Source: Gammaproteobacteria bacterium
GTDB lineage: Bacteria > Pseudomonadota > Gammaproteobacteria > S012-40
DNA length: 64,000 nt
NCBI GenBank assembly: GCA_029883265.1
Contig: JAOUJM010000001.1
Coordinates: 10,511 to 74,510 of the forward strand
Direction of reading: 5' to 3'
Made by a program: the position numbers and the translations under genes. Position 1 is the first letter of the stretch. Each line of letters opens with the position of its first letter. The notes under the pieces were generated by a model that did not search any database, was not told the DNA's origin, and saw only the letters and a list, made by a program, of their open reading frames with translations. Positions 34,801 through 41,521 of this stretch are shown piece after piece.

Positions 34801-37800
34801 TTGTCGAATCAGATTACCCACGTCATCGTACGCATAACTCGTCACTAACCCATCAACAGAATTAGTCACTGTTTCCATCTGATTTAATTCAGTGTAAGTC
34901 TTAACAATCGTTTTATCATTCACATGCGCCAATCGTTTCTGAATCAAACCATGCGCAACACTAACGGAATATGTATCTGGTGTTGCAACAACTTGCTGAT
35001 GTTCGCCTGTGGTAATGGATTGTATTTGCAGATCACGGCTCGTAAGATCATTATTCACAAACGTTAAATCAATCGTGTACGTATCCCGCTGATCAAACAA
35101 TGCATTAATCTGGTAGTCTTTAAAGTTTTCGCTGTCGACAACAATACTGTCAACCAGTACTCCATCGACGCGTACTTCCATGATCGGATATGTTCCATCG
35201 GCCGGAATGCCTTTCGCGCTTATGATTAATGCTTTGTTGTTGTAACGTATGCTTTCTGTCTCGTTGCCGTTTAGGTCATAGGAAAATGTACTTAGGTAGC
35301 CTTCTGCATCATGATTGGCAATCAACTGGCCTTTGGCATTGTAGAAATTGTAGCTATATTGATCTTTGGCTAAATTTCTTACGATAGCATCCTTCAATTG
35401 CTGTAAACTTGCACTGGCTAAATTCGCAGTACTGCGATTCGCATAGGCGCTGGTTTTCACCACTTGCCCTGCCGCATTATATTCTGTCTCGGTTAAGTAA
35501 CCTTCCGCATCAAGCGTCGCAACAAGTTGTCCATCATTGTTATAGAAAAACCGAGTGCGTCGATCGTTATTCGCATCTTCGTTTACATAAGTACCTGTTG
35601 TTGAATCGAGAAAATATTCTGCTCTGGGGTTATTCGGCATCCCAGTGATAACAAAAGGATTCGCATAAGCAATACTGTGAGTGAGTTGATTACTTCCATC
35701 ATAGAAATGTTGAGTAACTGCAACCCGTGTCACATCATTGTCATACGGCGTTAATTGCATCACCAATCGATCTGCATCGTCGTAGATAAAATAGTTGATT
35801 CGGTCGCTGGGGCTGCTATTGGGTTTGATTGCGCTTAACTCATAGAAATTGCTGCCTGCAACATAGGGATAATTGACGATCGACTGGAGGACTGGCGTCG
35901 AATATTCAATGGTTTTTATTACCCGTCCCGCATCGTCATAAACGGTTTCAGTCAACCCGCCTTCTTTATCCACCGTCGCCACTAAACGATTTGTAGCATC
36001 GTAGTAATTTTGGGAATAGTTGCCGGTTTGATCTATAGTCAGGCGCAGGTTGCCGGAGGAATCATACTTGTATTCAATTGTTCCCAACGGATTCAACTGA
36101 CCATCCTGCTGAGATTGTGATATGGCATAACCGTGTGAATCGTACACAGTGGTTGTCTGCAATTCATTTGCATCGGTTCGAACAATTTGATTTCCGACAT
36201 CATCATAGAAATAAGTCGTCGTATGATTCAGTGGTTTGTTTGATGCCAGTAATCGTCCTAATCCATCATAGGTGAACGTTGTAATAAAGTCTCTTGTTTC
36301 ACCCGTTGCTGCTGCTTGAGCCTCAATCGTTTCAATGAGAATGCCTTGGGCGTCATAAACAAAATGTGTGGTACTGGCAGTGGTAGTGACGCCCGCACCG
36401 GTCGTTGGATTAATCGAATCAAAGGTGGTCACCGTGCTTATATTGCCGCGGAAATCATACGTCGTATCACTGCGCTGTAAAATATTGCCCACGTTAACAA
36501 CCGAGTTGTAGGGCGCTTGATTCAATAATGTTGCGGATATAGGTGTAGCGGGATCTAAAGCACTGGTATCAATATGCCCCTTATAAAGGATTTGGCTGAT
36601 TTGTCTCCCTTGCGTATCATATACATATTCATTGACGACACCCTCGGAACTAACTGTAAATACCAAATGTTGCTCTGCGTCATAGATATAAAAACTACTT
36701 TGTGCATCTGAGGCACCGACACCACCGGTCCCAGTGTTATTGATATCCGCACCATCGGGGTCATTCACGCGATAACGGGTTTCGGAAATAATTTGATTAA
36801 CATCATTATATTCATAATCAACACGCACGCCTTCACTATCAATCATTGACGTACGATTGCCCTGATCGTCATAAGCAAAACGCGTTATATTGCCATTTTG
36901 ATCGGTAATGGACGTTATGTTATCGCTGCTGCGACCATCCTCATCATAACCATAAACCATCCGATTTTGATTTTGGTCATAGAACTCATGTAATCGATTC
37001 TGCTCATCAAGAAAATAATTCGTCTGTGTATTGCGAGTCAGATCCTCAACCATCGTCCGGGTGGATGTTGTTTCATTTTTCACATAATAGAAATTGAGTG
37101 GCATGATTAAATCCATGCCTTCGACGAGTGAGGTGACGCCCTGCGAGGCAAAATATTCCTGCAAACTCACAGCGAGTTGTTCGTCGCCATAAATCGCAAA
37201 CGCAATGTTTTCCCAAGTGTCACTCGCACTAACCGTGTGAAAGGGTGGGAGCGTAAACTCTTGATAAGTGGGTGAAAAGAAATTGAAGGTATGACTACTC
37301 AGATTATTTTCAATCAGGCCACCACCCACACTGCTCCAGTCATTCCATAGATAAAAGGCCTGTCCTTGCTCGTCCAGTGATAAATCGACCAGAACTTTAT
37401 TACCAGTTCCCACACCATCTTGAGCAACTTCGTCACTCCAGCCACGACCGGGAACATAGTATCTGCTTTTAACAACTGCGGCGCCCGACGCACCATCTTC
37501 CCAAAGTGCGACGATACGCCCTTGTTTGTCCTGCTCAATTCGGTAATCAAAATAATTCGAATTACCTCTGGATGTAGCGCCGAGTAATTTAGTGTCACTC
37601 AAACCGTTAACAGAATCAAAAACTCGCGTATAAAGATTGCCGCCATTCTTCCACGTCACCAACCATTGATCACCATCCAACTTGAAGATTTCTGGATTGA
37701 TATTCGTGTTATATAAAGTGCTTGAAATCGTATCGACAACAAAACCCGTTGACCAAGCAGCGCCGCCTTCTGAATACCATAGATTGATTTTTGGACTGGA

Positions 37801-40800
37801 GGCCTGTACAAAAACCATAAGTCGATTACCCAAGCCATCACTTTCTAACTTAATATTGTTGCCACCATCTAGTACACCAAAACCCGGAATACTTAACTTT
37901 TGTGATGCAGCCCATCCTGTAGCTACCGAATAGCGCATGGTGCGAACTGCTCGGGAAATTTCCCAAACCACTTCCAAACCACCATCGGGGAGAACAGTGG
38001 CATTAAAATCGGCGTTGTAGGTGCCACCCAGATAGGTTTCACCAATCCAACCCGATCCCAAAACATAACGATCGGCTTTAATGGGTTGTGGATTGGTGGA
38101 GGTATTACCTTCAGTCCATACTAGATAAACATCACCATTATGGCCTTGATGTAATTGAAATGGTTTCCATTCGGGAAAGCTCACCGGTGCTTTAACAGTG
38201 GGTGCGCTCCAACTATTCGTTGATGCATCATAAAACATCACCATTAAATTGCCGGAGGTATTGGCAAGATTCATTTCATAATATGCAACGGTAATATTGC
38301 CCGCGTCATCAATTAATACCTGGGGCGCTTCCATACGCGTGGACATTGCTTGCCCATCCACCAATGTTATTGCAGCTTGCCAATTTACATTAGTACCGCT
38401 TTGTTGATAGCGACTGATATATAGACTTTTAGATTGTGCAATACTTTGATCGGCCAAGACATCATTATCAATCCAAACTGCCACACCCTGCCCGCTGGTG
38501 TTAGACGCTACATCGATACTTTCTTCCGCTTGCGCCGATGTGCTATACACGGTGTTGGTTGCGACGGCGTGTTCCGCATTGCTTAGCCAACCAGGATAGA
38601 AATCACCGGCATAAACAATCTTTGTAGTCTGTAATTGTTCTGGAAGGGCGATAGCAGAGGCAACTTTATTTAAGTCGAGATTAATGCTTTTGTTTACAAA
38701 TTCACCACTAACTATTTCCGACCAACTCAGTAATCCGAAACCTAGCTCATTCACACTTAGATAAGGACCATAAATACTACTGTCACTTGCGGCCACCTGA
38801 CTCGGACTTGTCCAATTTGCACCATCAAGTGAATAACGCACGAAAAGCGTGCTCGGACCATTTTGTTCACGCCACACCAGTGCCATTCGACCTTGATCAT
38901 CTTGATGAACCTCATAATCAAAATAAAGATAATGACTGGTGAAGCTTTGCTGGGTCGCCACGGATGTTGTTGTCGACCAGCCCGTTGCTGAATCAAATCG
39001 CTTGGAAAACACTTCCTGGTTATCCTTCCAAAACAACACCCAATTGCCTTCCCCTTGATTGAGCAGTTTTAGATCCTTATTGCGATAGGTGCTTGAAGTT
39101 AATACGCTATCGATATTTTCAGTGGTTGTGGTATCACTCATCGCATCATAATACGATGTACCTAAAACACCGGCGTTGTACCACACCATGAGGCGGTTTC
39201 CTACAGTGTCGCTATCGTGGGCGATATTTGCATAGGTATTTGTAATGAACTGATTCTGGGTTGGTTGAACACCGACGCCTGCAATGTAGTCAGTAACTTT
39301 AACAAGATTGCCTCGCGACCAGGCAACGCTCGCATTACCCGACTCGGTGACATCTAATACCGGATACAAATTGAAAGTGGTACCATAGAGACGATCATTG
39401 ATAAATTGCGCGCCCGTCCAACCGGATCCCGCGACAAATCTATCCAAAACAATATCATTGTATTCCGGCGAGGGACTGTCTTGGTTGTACATCAGATAAA
39501 AAGCCCCGGTTCCACCGGTTTTCAGCTCAAAAAGCCGTTTTGAGTCGTAATTTGCAGCCATGTTCTGAATGGTATGTTGCTGCTCGGATTGCCACGTTTG
39601 TGTTGCCGCATCGTAAAAACGTGTCATCAAATAGTAATTACTAGACGTCAGCTCAGCACCATCATTCTCCTGCCACGCAATCATGGCATTACCTGCATCA
39701 TCAATGGCGACCTTAAGATCATAGAAAGTGACGGTGGGTGTGGTTTGTCCTATGGCAGGTTCGGCGCCAACAGTAATGCTTTTTGGTTCACCCCAGGAGC
39801 CACCAAACTCATTCATGGTGTAGTGTGAAACAAAAATGCTTTTGGAATAACCACGGCTGAAATCGCTCGTGGTGTTATCCTCGATCCATGCGGCAACACC
39901 AGAACCATTTGCACTCATAGCGACATGAGGATTGATCGCTGCGTATTGAGTGGTTTGGGGTAGTGTTTGCAAGGTTCCCGTAGACACAACTCGTTCACCC
40001 GGATAGGTGTAACGTGTCTCATTCCCCAACACATCGCTTACCGTTTGTAACTGACCGGCTGCATTATAGGTAAAAGAAATACTAACCCCATCACCACTGG
40101 TAATGTTACTGATTAAATGGCTCACATCATCCCGATAGGTATAAGTCGTTACATAACGTTGGCCATTAATCGTAGAATTGGTTGTACCGCTAATAGCACT
40201 GATGAGCGAATCGGGTGATAAATCAACAATCACCTGAGTTAAACGATTCAATGCATCATAAGTGTAATGGGTGCGTGCACGGGATTCGACAGCTTGAGTT
40301 TTAGTATCTCGAACCGTACTGGCGATTTTTGTTAAATTTCCTTTAGGGTCATAAACAAGATTAACTGTTTCGACAATACCTTCTGCTTGTAGTAGTTCAA
40401 TTTTTGAAACAAATTGACTGGGCGTGGATCCCCCACCGTAATTATATTTAATTTCATTCTGATCAGAATCAACAACACGACTAACACCCCAAATCGCGCT
40501 ACCATCTGTTGCGGTACCAATTTGCGTATATTCTTCGGTAAAGCTTGAGTTGCCATCCCAAAATGTCCAGTTAGTACCATCAAAAGTTAATATATCATGA
40601 GCGCCATCACCGTCAGTGCTAATGTAATGGTTGTTGGCTTGATCATAAGTAAAGAGTGCTTCAAATCCATCCTTATACGATTTGATCACACTGGAACCAT
40701 CTTGGTTGACCGTTCCCGACAAGCTATGAACACGACGATTTACTCCTAGTCGCCAGTTATCACCATTGTCATCATTTTTCTGACCCAGACTGTTATAAGT

Positions 40801-41001
40801 ACGAACCAGATTGAAATCGAGTCCCAAACCAGAGATAAATTCATCCTGGGCTTGCACCACCAAATTACCCGTTTGGGTATTCACATAAACATTGTCGCCA
40901 TTGCGGCCCAATCGAGCTTTGCCTTGGCCGGCATCATTGCCGATGAGATTAAGTGAGGTGTTGTATAAACCCAGTCCTTCACCATTGGTTATCGCAACCA
41001 T
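21847..41001 (-). CDS. Giant YD-repeat (Rhs/teneurin-like) polymorphic toxin, 6,384 aa; C-terminal 330 aa supplied by IS66-type element B
   Basis: Single uninterrupted 19,155-nt ORF with a GGGAGA SD before the ATG at 41001. Dozens of YD-type repeats (YxYDxxG(R/N)L...), LysM-like modules, C-terminal GHSLGG hydrolase domain. No signal peptide, PAAR, TPS or LXG-type N-terminus recognised by eye. Confidence 0.9.
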   Translation of the reverse strand: MVAITNGEGLGLYNTSLNLIGNDAGQGKARLGRNGDNVYVNTQTGNLVVQAQDEFISGLGLDFNLVRTYNSLGQKNDDNGDNWRLGVNRRVHSLSGTVNQDGSSVIKSYKDGFEALFTYDQANNHYISTDGDGAHDILTFDGTNWTFWDGNSSFTEEYTQIGTATDGSAIWGVSRVVDSDQNEIKYNYGGGSTPSQFVSKIELLQAEGIVETVNLVYDPKGNLTKIASTVRDTKTQAVESRARTHYTYDALNRLTQVIVDLSPDSLISAISGTTNSTINGQRYVTTYTYRDDVSHLISNITSGDGVSISFTYNAAGQLQTVSDVLGNETRYTYPGERVVSTGTLQTLPQTTQYAAINPHVAMSANGSGVAAWIEDNTTSDFSRGYSKSIFVSHYTMNEFGGSWGEPKSITVGAEPAIGQTTPTVTFYDLKVAIDDAGNAMIAWQENDGAELTSSNYYLMTRFYDAATQTWQSEQQHTIQNMAANYDSKRLFELKTGGTGAFYLMYNQDSPSPEYNDIVLDRFVAGSGWTGAQFINDRLYGTTFNLYPVLDVTESGNASVAWSRGNLVKVTDYIAGVGVQPTQNQFITNTYANIAHDSDTVGNRLMVWYNAGVLGTSYYDAMSDTTTTENIDSVLTSSTYRNKDLKLLNQGEGNWVLFWKDNQEVFSKRFDSATGWSTTTSVATQQSFTSHYLYFDYEVHQDDQGRMALVWREQNGPSTLFVRYSLDGANWTSPSQVAASDSSIYGPYLSVNELGFGLLSWSEIVSGEFVNKSINLDLNKVASAIALPEQLQTTKIVYAGDFYPGWLSNAEHAVATNTVYSTSAQAEESIDVASNTSGQGVAVWIDNDVLADQSIAQSKSLYISRYQQSGTNVNWQAAITLVDGQAMSTRMEAPQVLIDDAGNITVAYYEMNLANTSGNLMVMFYDASTNSWSAPTVKAPVSFPEWKPFQLHQGHNGDVYLVWTEGNTSTNPQPIKADRYVLGSGWIGETYLGGTYNADFNATVLPDGGLEVVWEISRAVRTMRYSVATGWAASQKLSIPGFGVLDGGNNIKLESDGLGNRLMVFVQASSPKINLWYSEGGAAWSTGFVVDTISSTLYNTNINPEIFKLDGDQWLVTWKNGGNLYTRVFDSVNGLSDTKLLGATSRGNSNYFDYRIEQDKQGRIVALWEDGASGAAVVKSRYYVPGRGWSDEVAQDGVGTGNKVLVDLSLDEQGQAFYLWNDWSSVGGGLIENNLSSHTFNFFSPTYQEFTLPPFHTVSASDTWENIAFAIYGDEQLAVSLQEYFASQGVTSLVEGMDLIMPLNFYYVKNETTSTRTMVEDLTRNTQTNYFLDEQNRLHEFYDQNQNRMVYGYDEDGRSSDNITSITDQNGNITRFAYDDQGNRTSMIDSEGVRVDYEYNDVNQIISETRYRVNDPDGADINNTGTGGVGASDAQSSFYIYDAEQHLVFTVSSEGVVNEYVYDTQGRQISQILYKGHIDTSALDPATPISATLLNQAPYNSVVNVGNILQRSDTTYDFRGNISTVTTFDSINPTTGAGVTTTASTTHFVYDAQGILIETIEAQAAATGETRDFITTFTYDGLGRLLASNKPLNHTTTYFYDDVGNQIVRTDANELQTTTVYDSHGYAISQSQQDGQLNPLGTIEYKYDSSGNLRLTIDQTGNYSQNYYDATNRLVATVDKEGGLTETVYDDAGRVIKTIEYSTPVLQSIVNYPYVAGSNFYELSAIKPNSSPSDRINYFIYDDADRLVMQLTPYDNDVTRVAVTQHFYDGSNQLTHSIAYANPFVITGMPNNPRAEYFLDSTTGTYVNEDANNDRRTRFFYNNDGQLVATLDAEGYLTETEYNAAGQVVKTSAYANRSTANLASASLQQLKDAIVRNLAKDQYSYNFYNAKGQLIANHDAEGYLSTFSYDLNGNETESIRYNNKALIISAKGIPADGTYPIMEVRVDGVLVDSIVVDSENFKDYQINALFDQRDTYTIDLTFVNNDLTSRDLQIQSITTGEHQQVVATPDTYSVSVAHGLIQKRLAHVNDKTIVKTYTELNQMETVTNSVDGLVTSYAYDDVGNLIRQTDSYLNALLEFADLDVSLAPENGYTVQSGDTWESIVRSVYHTANANAFVAFAELMGAASPTVGEMLNLPGRFSYTHNQRSSLLRYDIQGRLIGEQLNAQGIAKLDTLINPSESELDLLWEIYGVTHTYNEQGLRTSTKDQNDHRTWFYYDDNGRLRFTAQDVSGTLDESGKVLSNVAEVNELSYNQFGEVKETVAYSTRITNSNTLTGGLVTPSFLDRLSGNTMVDSRTQSSYNLRGAIWRAINGEGQRTEYAYNAFGQISSSVQQQDPTLIPVSQALTGQTSRSDTYVYDRRGLSTSTLKDVSVAGHTGLEIETKRTYDAFGRVIQSTDGNSNITQFGYDRLGRQVQTRNALDVSRSQTYDAFGRVLTMTDAFLNVTTYAYDDATHTLTVTTPELIQTQTITDRNGQTIKIIDGNQSAANSNDGTEYHYDTNGKLVKVVDMLNNTITSEYDKAGRLTHTVDKNGVYSKFEYDAANRVMTRTVDPMTIHTTGDNETGLNIQTQYVFDGLGRKVTTIDANGVHTDTEYDRAGNVLAVVVDAVNGGLNLRTEYTYDAEGRQLTVTEGANSTQARETQYIYDHLGRRTDTIVDPGGLNITTKYYYDAADNMVRKVEGYRRVDVSGLSGSLTLNYAFDDQTLTSSYYVMWSNVTSLATDRILLKENGTTVYDSPADSDFGRYRRGRSGFTYELVLLRNGLELSVATVLPFTPALGAFSETSEVAFATDLSAEDTSHSMRYVYDDVNRLRYSIKNADVLDFEYMELDPIPTGQLAVVVESVYNDRGDKVKTIQYALPISTTTLDDHSTEADILSLVSASADLAKDIVDYSVFDDDGRLTVTVNAVGNYTVYEYDDNGNVIRQSRLANSVSTTDLATINSTNTELLAQTILQKRPDVIANDQGDHFAYDKLNRLRYSVDAMGYVNEKRYDASGQVILSMRYASKETTFADYKEATIRGNLAGNSSTDQINHYFYDNAGRKIYSIDALGYVNQTSYDALGQAIVASRFYQALTINSYQDSTPTAAEWNTYLETRINTLNRQVVDVTETTPLVTATSGKDRVSFQQYDAAGRVSFSVDAEGYVTGREYTGDLLSRVTQYANQLQVVNDTTAEGFPESGVATLATQRFDVRNEGDIQLLVSGTNLLYRNSDTTSGDRSTRYVYDDAGRLYQEILENVSYTTHSTDENGDLVTEYGYDAFGNTTSIVKRLNISGDELQRTTQEFSQRGLLTRRTVYLEAASVVANLDTAHPQTQMAYSSEFGYDAFGNQTKIIDPRGIELTETDSDWADNERKLILGLTATTNLSYIQLTQDQKDTLLNYYSTYQTFDQLNRKTASVIKEGAGSTVNIFELKKTDYDAFGNITKITEPYDTISYFYYDKLDRNTLVVDPERYVTTKAYDGMGNLTGTMQYATAIAAAHTVDDNTTESQILETFLEINTDKDQKTLLNYDQLNRKTELTNAESVKEKYDYDAFGNQIGKLLGHQPITNVLDPDYQRSLGYQYHYNYDRKGNLTSEYLPIANKGGISDRESIEVGMDGRFLLPFIDFETTGFERQTNEFSYDAFGNRRISREAAGMEEERSRSYTYNKLNLLVKTENHRIKLSAGDSVGITTTIEQKYNVVGNLVREIDANLNITQHYYDNLGRRIATHDAEGFLKTFAYDSVSNIIEERKYRDTATFADSIYKFTVSNVYMQLTHRYDAFNQIVETKLPAEHRYEKDRMVPIGDPGDDQFIKEENYVSETVIRKYYDHKGRLVREVDGNENSIFHYYDKKGNKRVTVDALRYATQWNYDAFNNAIREEKASIRLRDVVDENTSLLEVLEKFETNGYEDRIVQVNLEEGYFYPYFWQVGDGMPSVMYVKINLPTLKQGDYYVIRAARADGTYHTTFPTTTILTKGTIPLRSYNTGEIKEFVITLISNSDSFEIARVDTNLMLGSQGWHSGYSAFDVNRLKISDVDYVGGVWSASLLREGETTATPVDVMVNENGEAFFDVGNISGRATVSYILQDNDRVIKSGSINLSNVNVATNGGYNFVIESVDLRDNQYSDSRIKNYSFDKLNRLKTDSLENFQTYSFSNGNMQSGVLEDSVTAYVYDVMGNITTIVDAESNTTNYSFDVLGRLLTKKSGLKSTKNIYDAHGNVIEARNIASEKDSESRNIPLNGAPSLANLDQIQKFSYGVDGRLLEDWDANFNANVSEEYGANNKYTYDAVGNVRTQSLNRHDADGNLFTDIAEYIYDRLNRNIVSGKRTEKNSSVYAYFENKYTEYNGYEKAAFQGAYERNTLQLSRPEANKARQVFFEYDSNGNLIKTNSDGVVKEYAYDRNGNATKEILPSITDNNAPSVYRSSVYNERNELVHIYEPSHTQSISQTLYQTLSDRKVDIEVTPYGGLHLRVHDAVGKDWAETWWDAVDPNVDSIKNSYGEGSLVLEFNPNNEEEKIITYGSGGKDAHYRTPKGHDIGSRTYSATIKKNGYTIASVSGSFRDVDGQNNYVAVDQYYGRDIILKNVPKSLGTLTVEIRRVGETEWVTVEHFDTPSGFNPSWQTWNFGDAGLEGQFELKYEYHYDNEATNPDLTPHTGKVILNLSNNPSVEPGSHLRLDGNAFSSDDGDNSIEARVTSFPFMDSSLSWYYIRDVYLENVDPAQGTLSATIRQSGGETYKEIIFRTITDSTRQRYSVPRSYSGDYVINYTYKPNDPNAKVLQGQLSIDLTGEASLYSHRRVNSSDNSDPDQFVQIHKSHYYNAFGEIVQEKDGKDIYTYFEYDKMGNLIRKSNPRKDPIRNSYYSRLQTIQDANAIYYYDKLGNVTGITDARNNLKRFSYDQNGLKQEFNPDGGGMTYVYDGFGNVIEKRQKLTADSDRVTKYQFDHNNQITYVTKEKHNVIKYVLGSFGGITEETSNIYDNVEKYEYDENGNRIAHINLVDTSLDLTDPDTNSHDEILHDQGGGRERTYFDALGRVVKHVSYGDKVTRYDYNYLTFNGQEGGFSKTTYSGNLYIVRSGDTLESIARQLLRVSEVANRIGSDNGVVDETLVVGNTLTVYLYGRREKLNYIVQTGDTLASIAYSLLNVEDMSNSIGQANNITDADLKAGLQIIIPHYETRAITDQYDYFNKLVYHRDLGNRSYRYFYDARGQLRYQIGNTDPGASIIATDAAWNNIDTQLHGFTYDYMDLYRYSLNNFMTNHSDYDQVIEFDYNDNGSLKAKVDYGFNGGNDGVRLVSRYGYDNNGNKTYEAVYEEGANADIGKDYQYTIAIYDDYNRVVEINDPFFNITYDYDEMGNRIHVVSKYHGGIDLNAHRGADYREATGDFVQEHWYDYDSMNRFRITQGRLDVGGSGNVEIAENKGYEVLYNLAGERIGVNYIRANTTMIERYGYTKNGILETVEHGKIVDNVEDKNLVSRRLLDALGRTSSSHLYDPDIETVVTTIPPQSVQQYDYSYDLDSRISRIEYRKRVENSEDQFLYLQEQSTIHNDYTYREIDRLDLAEKNVSYQVKSIEEQKNFRNSYFYSYWDSAKKSVGRSDVNSRGFVDGYSHLYYDQNGHLMRMDDSNSPLHGTKYERRVEFTVDADGRIIMRNEIDNTNYDVNRYFYLNGRGIGEVSNRGAGETDYTQILAQSRLSNKEIADNEKRGKNRVISADFDQNYQAISANYPANTASEYLVVQGDTLETIAGKVWGDASLWYVIANANNITNIDLTPGISIIIPNVVTNIHNNADTFKPYSPGEIIGSTDPSMPARNQPSKSEIFWMNVASVVISIAAFIVFGPQGAIIAAGMTSYAIQKYMKNVGYIDEIDEEEIVKSMTIAAIISQIPGLNQTGGGVVKGALQGAGRALISTGLSMAMESTEQRKKYNSQAGNLFANVAVGALVGGVTSSLPSNVGKVDGWGFAGVAGDAIRGALTGVGRIAVNSMTLKDYRPDWRTVAVEALSSAASGYISAEQSTKKFDNKLDELKINDHRQRQAIKKHYTKSIRKGVSGEDAWKSALGELPLFGGIQPGRNLIRNGGKTYNGYGQVSVQNSAPGKIPYRQSSDAVETKPILTFKNGQLVDENGTLYNSQLASAAPIRLDFSGSLDWYENAMVSDDVYQEYTGKEPKKVTEDIYRMGRDFIDVLDMKPENFVDKKSGYQGALYFNYRTSEFIFANRGTDTKLGRHEAVKDAVASIAQGSDFNSTQYEFGINLAIDLQIALGSSPLTFTGHSLGGGIASAQAGRLKSSAVTFNAAGLSDGTIERYGMDRNHLKKNVYAFYTPGEILSTLQASPVVDSVLNQWGTVPKNLLAAVMALNDVSYGRDIGWHRFGPGQMPEAAGTRIAVPAVNEAKQPLPWQSYLDPVDLHDMQYFINAFK
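22817..22839. repeat. IS66-type right terminal inverted repeat (element B), translated as VSVQNSAP within the giant ORF
   Basis: GGGGCAGAGTTTTGGACGCTTAC; identical to the right IR of element A (10478-10500). Confidence 0.8.
22840..22847. repeat. 8-bp target-site duplication, right copy (CTGGCCAT)
   Basis: Encodes (Y)GQ of ...TYNGYGQ in the giant ORF. The same octamer and frame are found at 18725-18732. Confidence 0.85.
23146..23640 (-). other. Hydrophobic helix + glycine-zipper-rich segment of the giant protein (aa ~5788-5952), between repeat shell and toxin
   Basis: IFWMNVASVVISIAAFIVFGPQGAIIAAGMTSYAI ... GGGVVKGALQGAGRALISTGLSMAM ... AGNLFANVAVGALVGGVTSS ... GWGFAGVAGDAIRGALTGVGRIAV. Confidence 0.6.
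23761..23895 (-). other. LysM-like module 5 of the giant protein (aa 5703-5747)
   Basis: YLVVQGDTLETIAGKVWGDASLWYVIANANNITNIDLTPGISIIIP. Confidence 0.7.
25576..25875 (-). other. Tandem LysM-like modules 3 and 4 of the giant protein
   Basis: YIVRSGDTLESIARQLLRVSEVANRIGSDNGVVDETLVVGNTLTVY and YIVQTGDTLASIAYSLLNVEDMSNSIGQANNITDADLKAGLQIIIP. Confidence 0.7.
34597..34731 (-). other. LysM-like module 2 of the giant protein
   Basis: YTVQSGDTWESIVRSVYHTANANAFVAFAELMGAASPTVGEMLNLP. Confidence 0.6.
37099..37239 (-). other. LysM-like module 1 of the giant protein (aa ~1255-1301, degenerate)
   Basis: HTVSASDTWENIAFAIYGDEQLAVSLQEYFASQGVTSLVEGMDLIMP. Confidence 0.45.
37297..39939 (-). other. Two tandem ~420-aa repeat units (aa ~355-775 and ~825-1235), each of 7-8 blade-like segments: twin beta-propeller-like domains
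   Basis: Recurrent ~50-aa pattern G-x-x-x-(V/L/I)-(A/V)-W-x(8-20)-(R/K)-(Y/F)-x(3-6)-W(S/T). Examples: SGVAAWIEDN..SHY, AGNAMIAWQEND..TRFYDAATQTWQ, GRMALVWREQN..VRYSLDGANWTSP. Second unit: GQGVAVWIDND..SRYQQ, GDVYLVWTEGN..DRYVLGSGW, GRIVALWEDG..SRYYVPGRGWS. Confidence 0.55.
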
Positions 41002-41065
41002 GAGAGTCTCCCTAGAATCAGTACTTATAATTTATCGTCTACAAGTTATATCCAGGGTTTAATGA

Positions 41066-41521
41066 AGATGTTCAGTCGGATTGCACAAAAAAATGTTTGT
41101 TTGACTATTCTTTATACGATTTTAATTTTTTAGTCTATTTTTGCCTAGCCATATGAGATGTCATGTCAATTTAAAGCGCTGAAGATCAAGCTTTTTCAAA
41201 AAAACTCATAACGCTCTGAATGATTTTTTCCGGTGTATCAAGATTGTCTCCTGCTGCGAGAATAGTTTTACATAGGAGTACGAGCGGAGAATTTGGCTGC
41301 ATGGCTTCCGCTTTTAGCAATACTTCGCTGGCTTGATTGTCATTGCCTTCAAACAATGCCACCAAAGCCAAACTTGCGAGTGTTTCCGCACTTTGTCCAT
41401 CAAGTATTAATGCTTGCTGCAAGTTGCTTTTTGCTACTGGGATTTGATTACTGGCTATTTGCGCCCAGGCCAATGCAACCAGGTTCGCAGTGTCGTTTGG
41501 CATGAGGTTTGTGGGTTGAGC
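41066..41521. repeat. 456-bp direct repeat, copy A (3' third of the TPR gene + ~120 bp downstream sequence)
   Basis: Near-identical (only a handful of mismatches seen by eye) to 46981-47436. Divergence points read directly at both ends. Confidence 0.9.

Noticed and set aside
21871-40583. About 40 plus- and minus-strand ORFs of 60-131 aa listed inside the giant gene interval
   Set aside because: All are embedded in or antisense to one uninterrupted 19,155-nt ORF with a clear repeat-protein translation. They are low-complexity and have no start/RBS context, so they are treated as frame shadows.
41032-41061. Sigma-28-like promoter upstream of the giant gene (minus strand TAAA ... GACGATAA)
   Set aside because: The -10-like GACGATAA matches GCCGATAA at 7/8 positions. 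The spacer to the nearest TAAA is 18 nt rather than the ~15 nt of the consensus. This is too weak to call without a scan or expression data.
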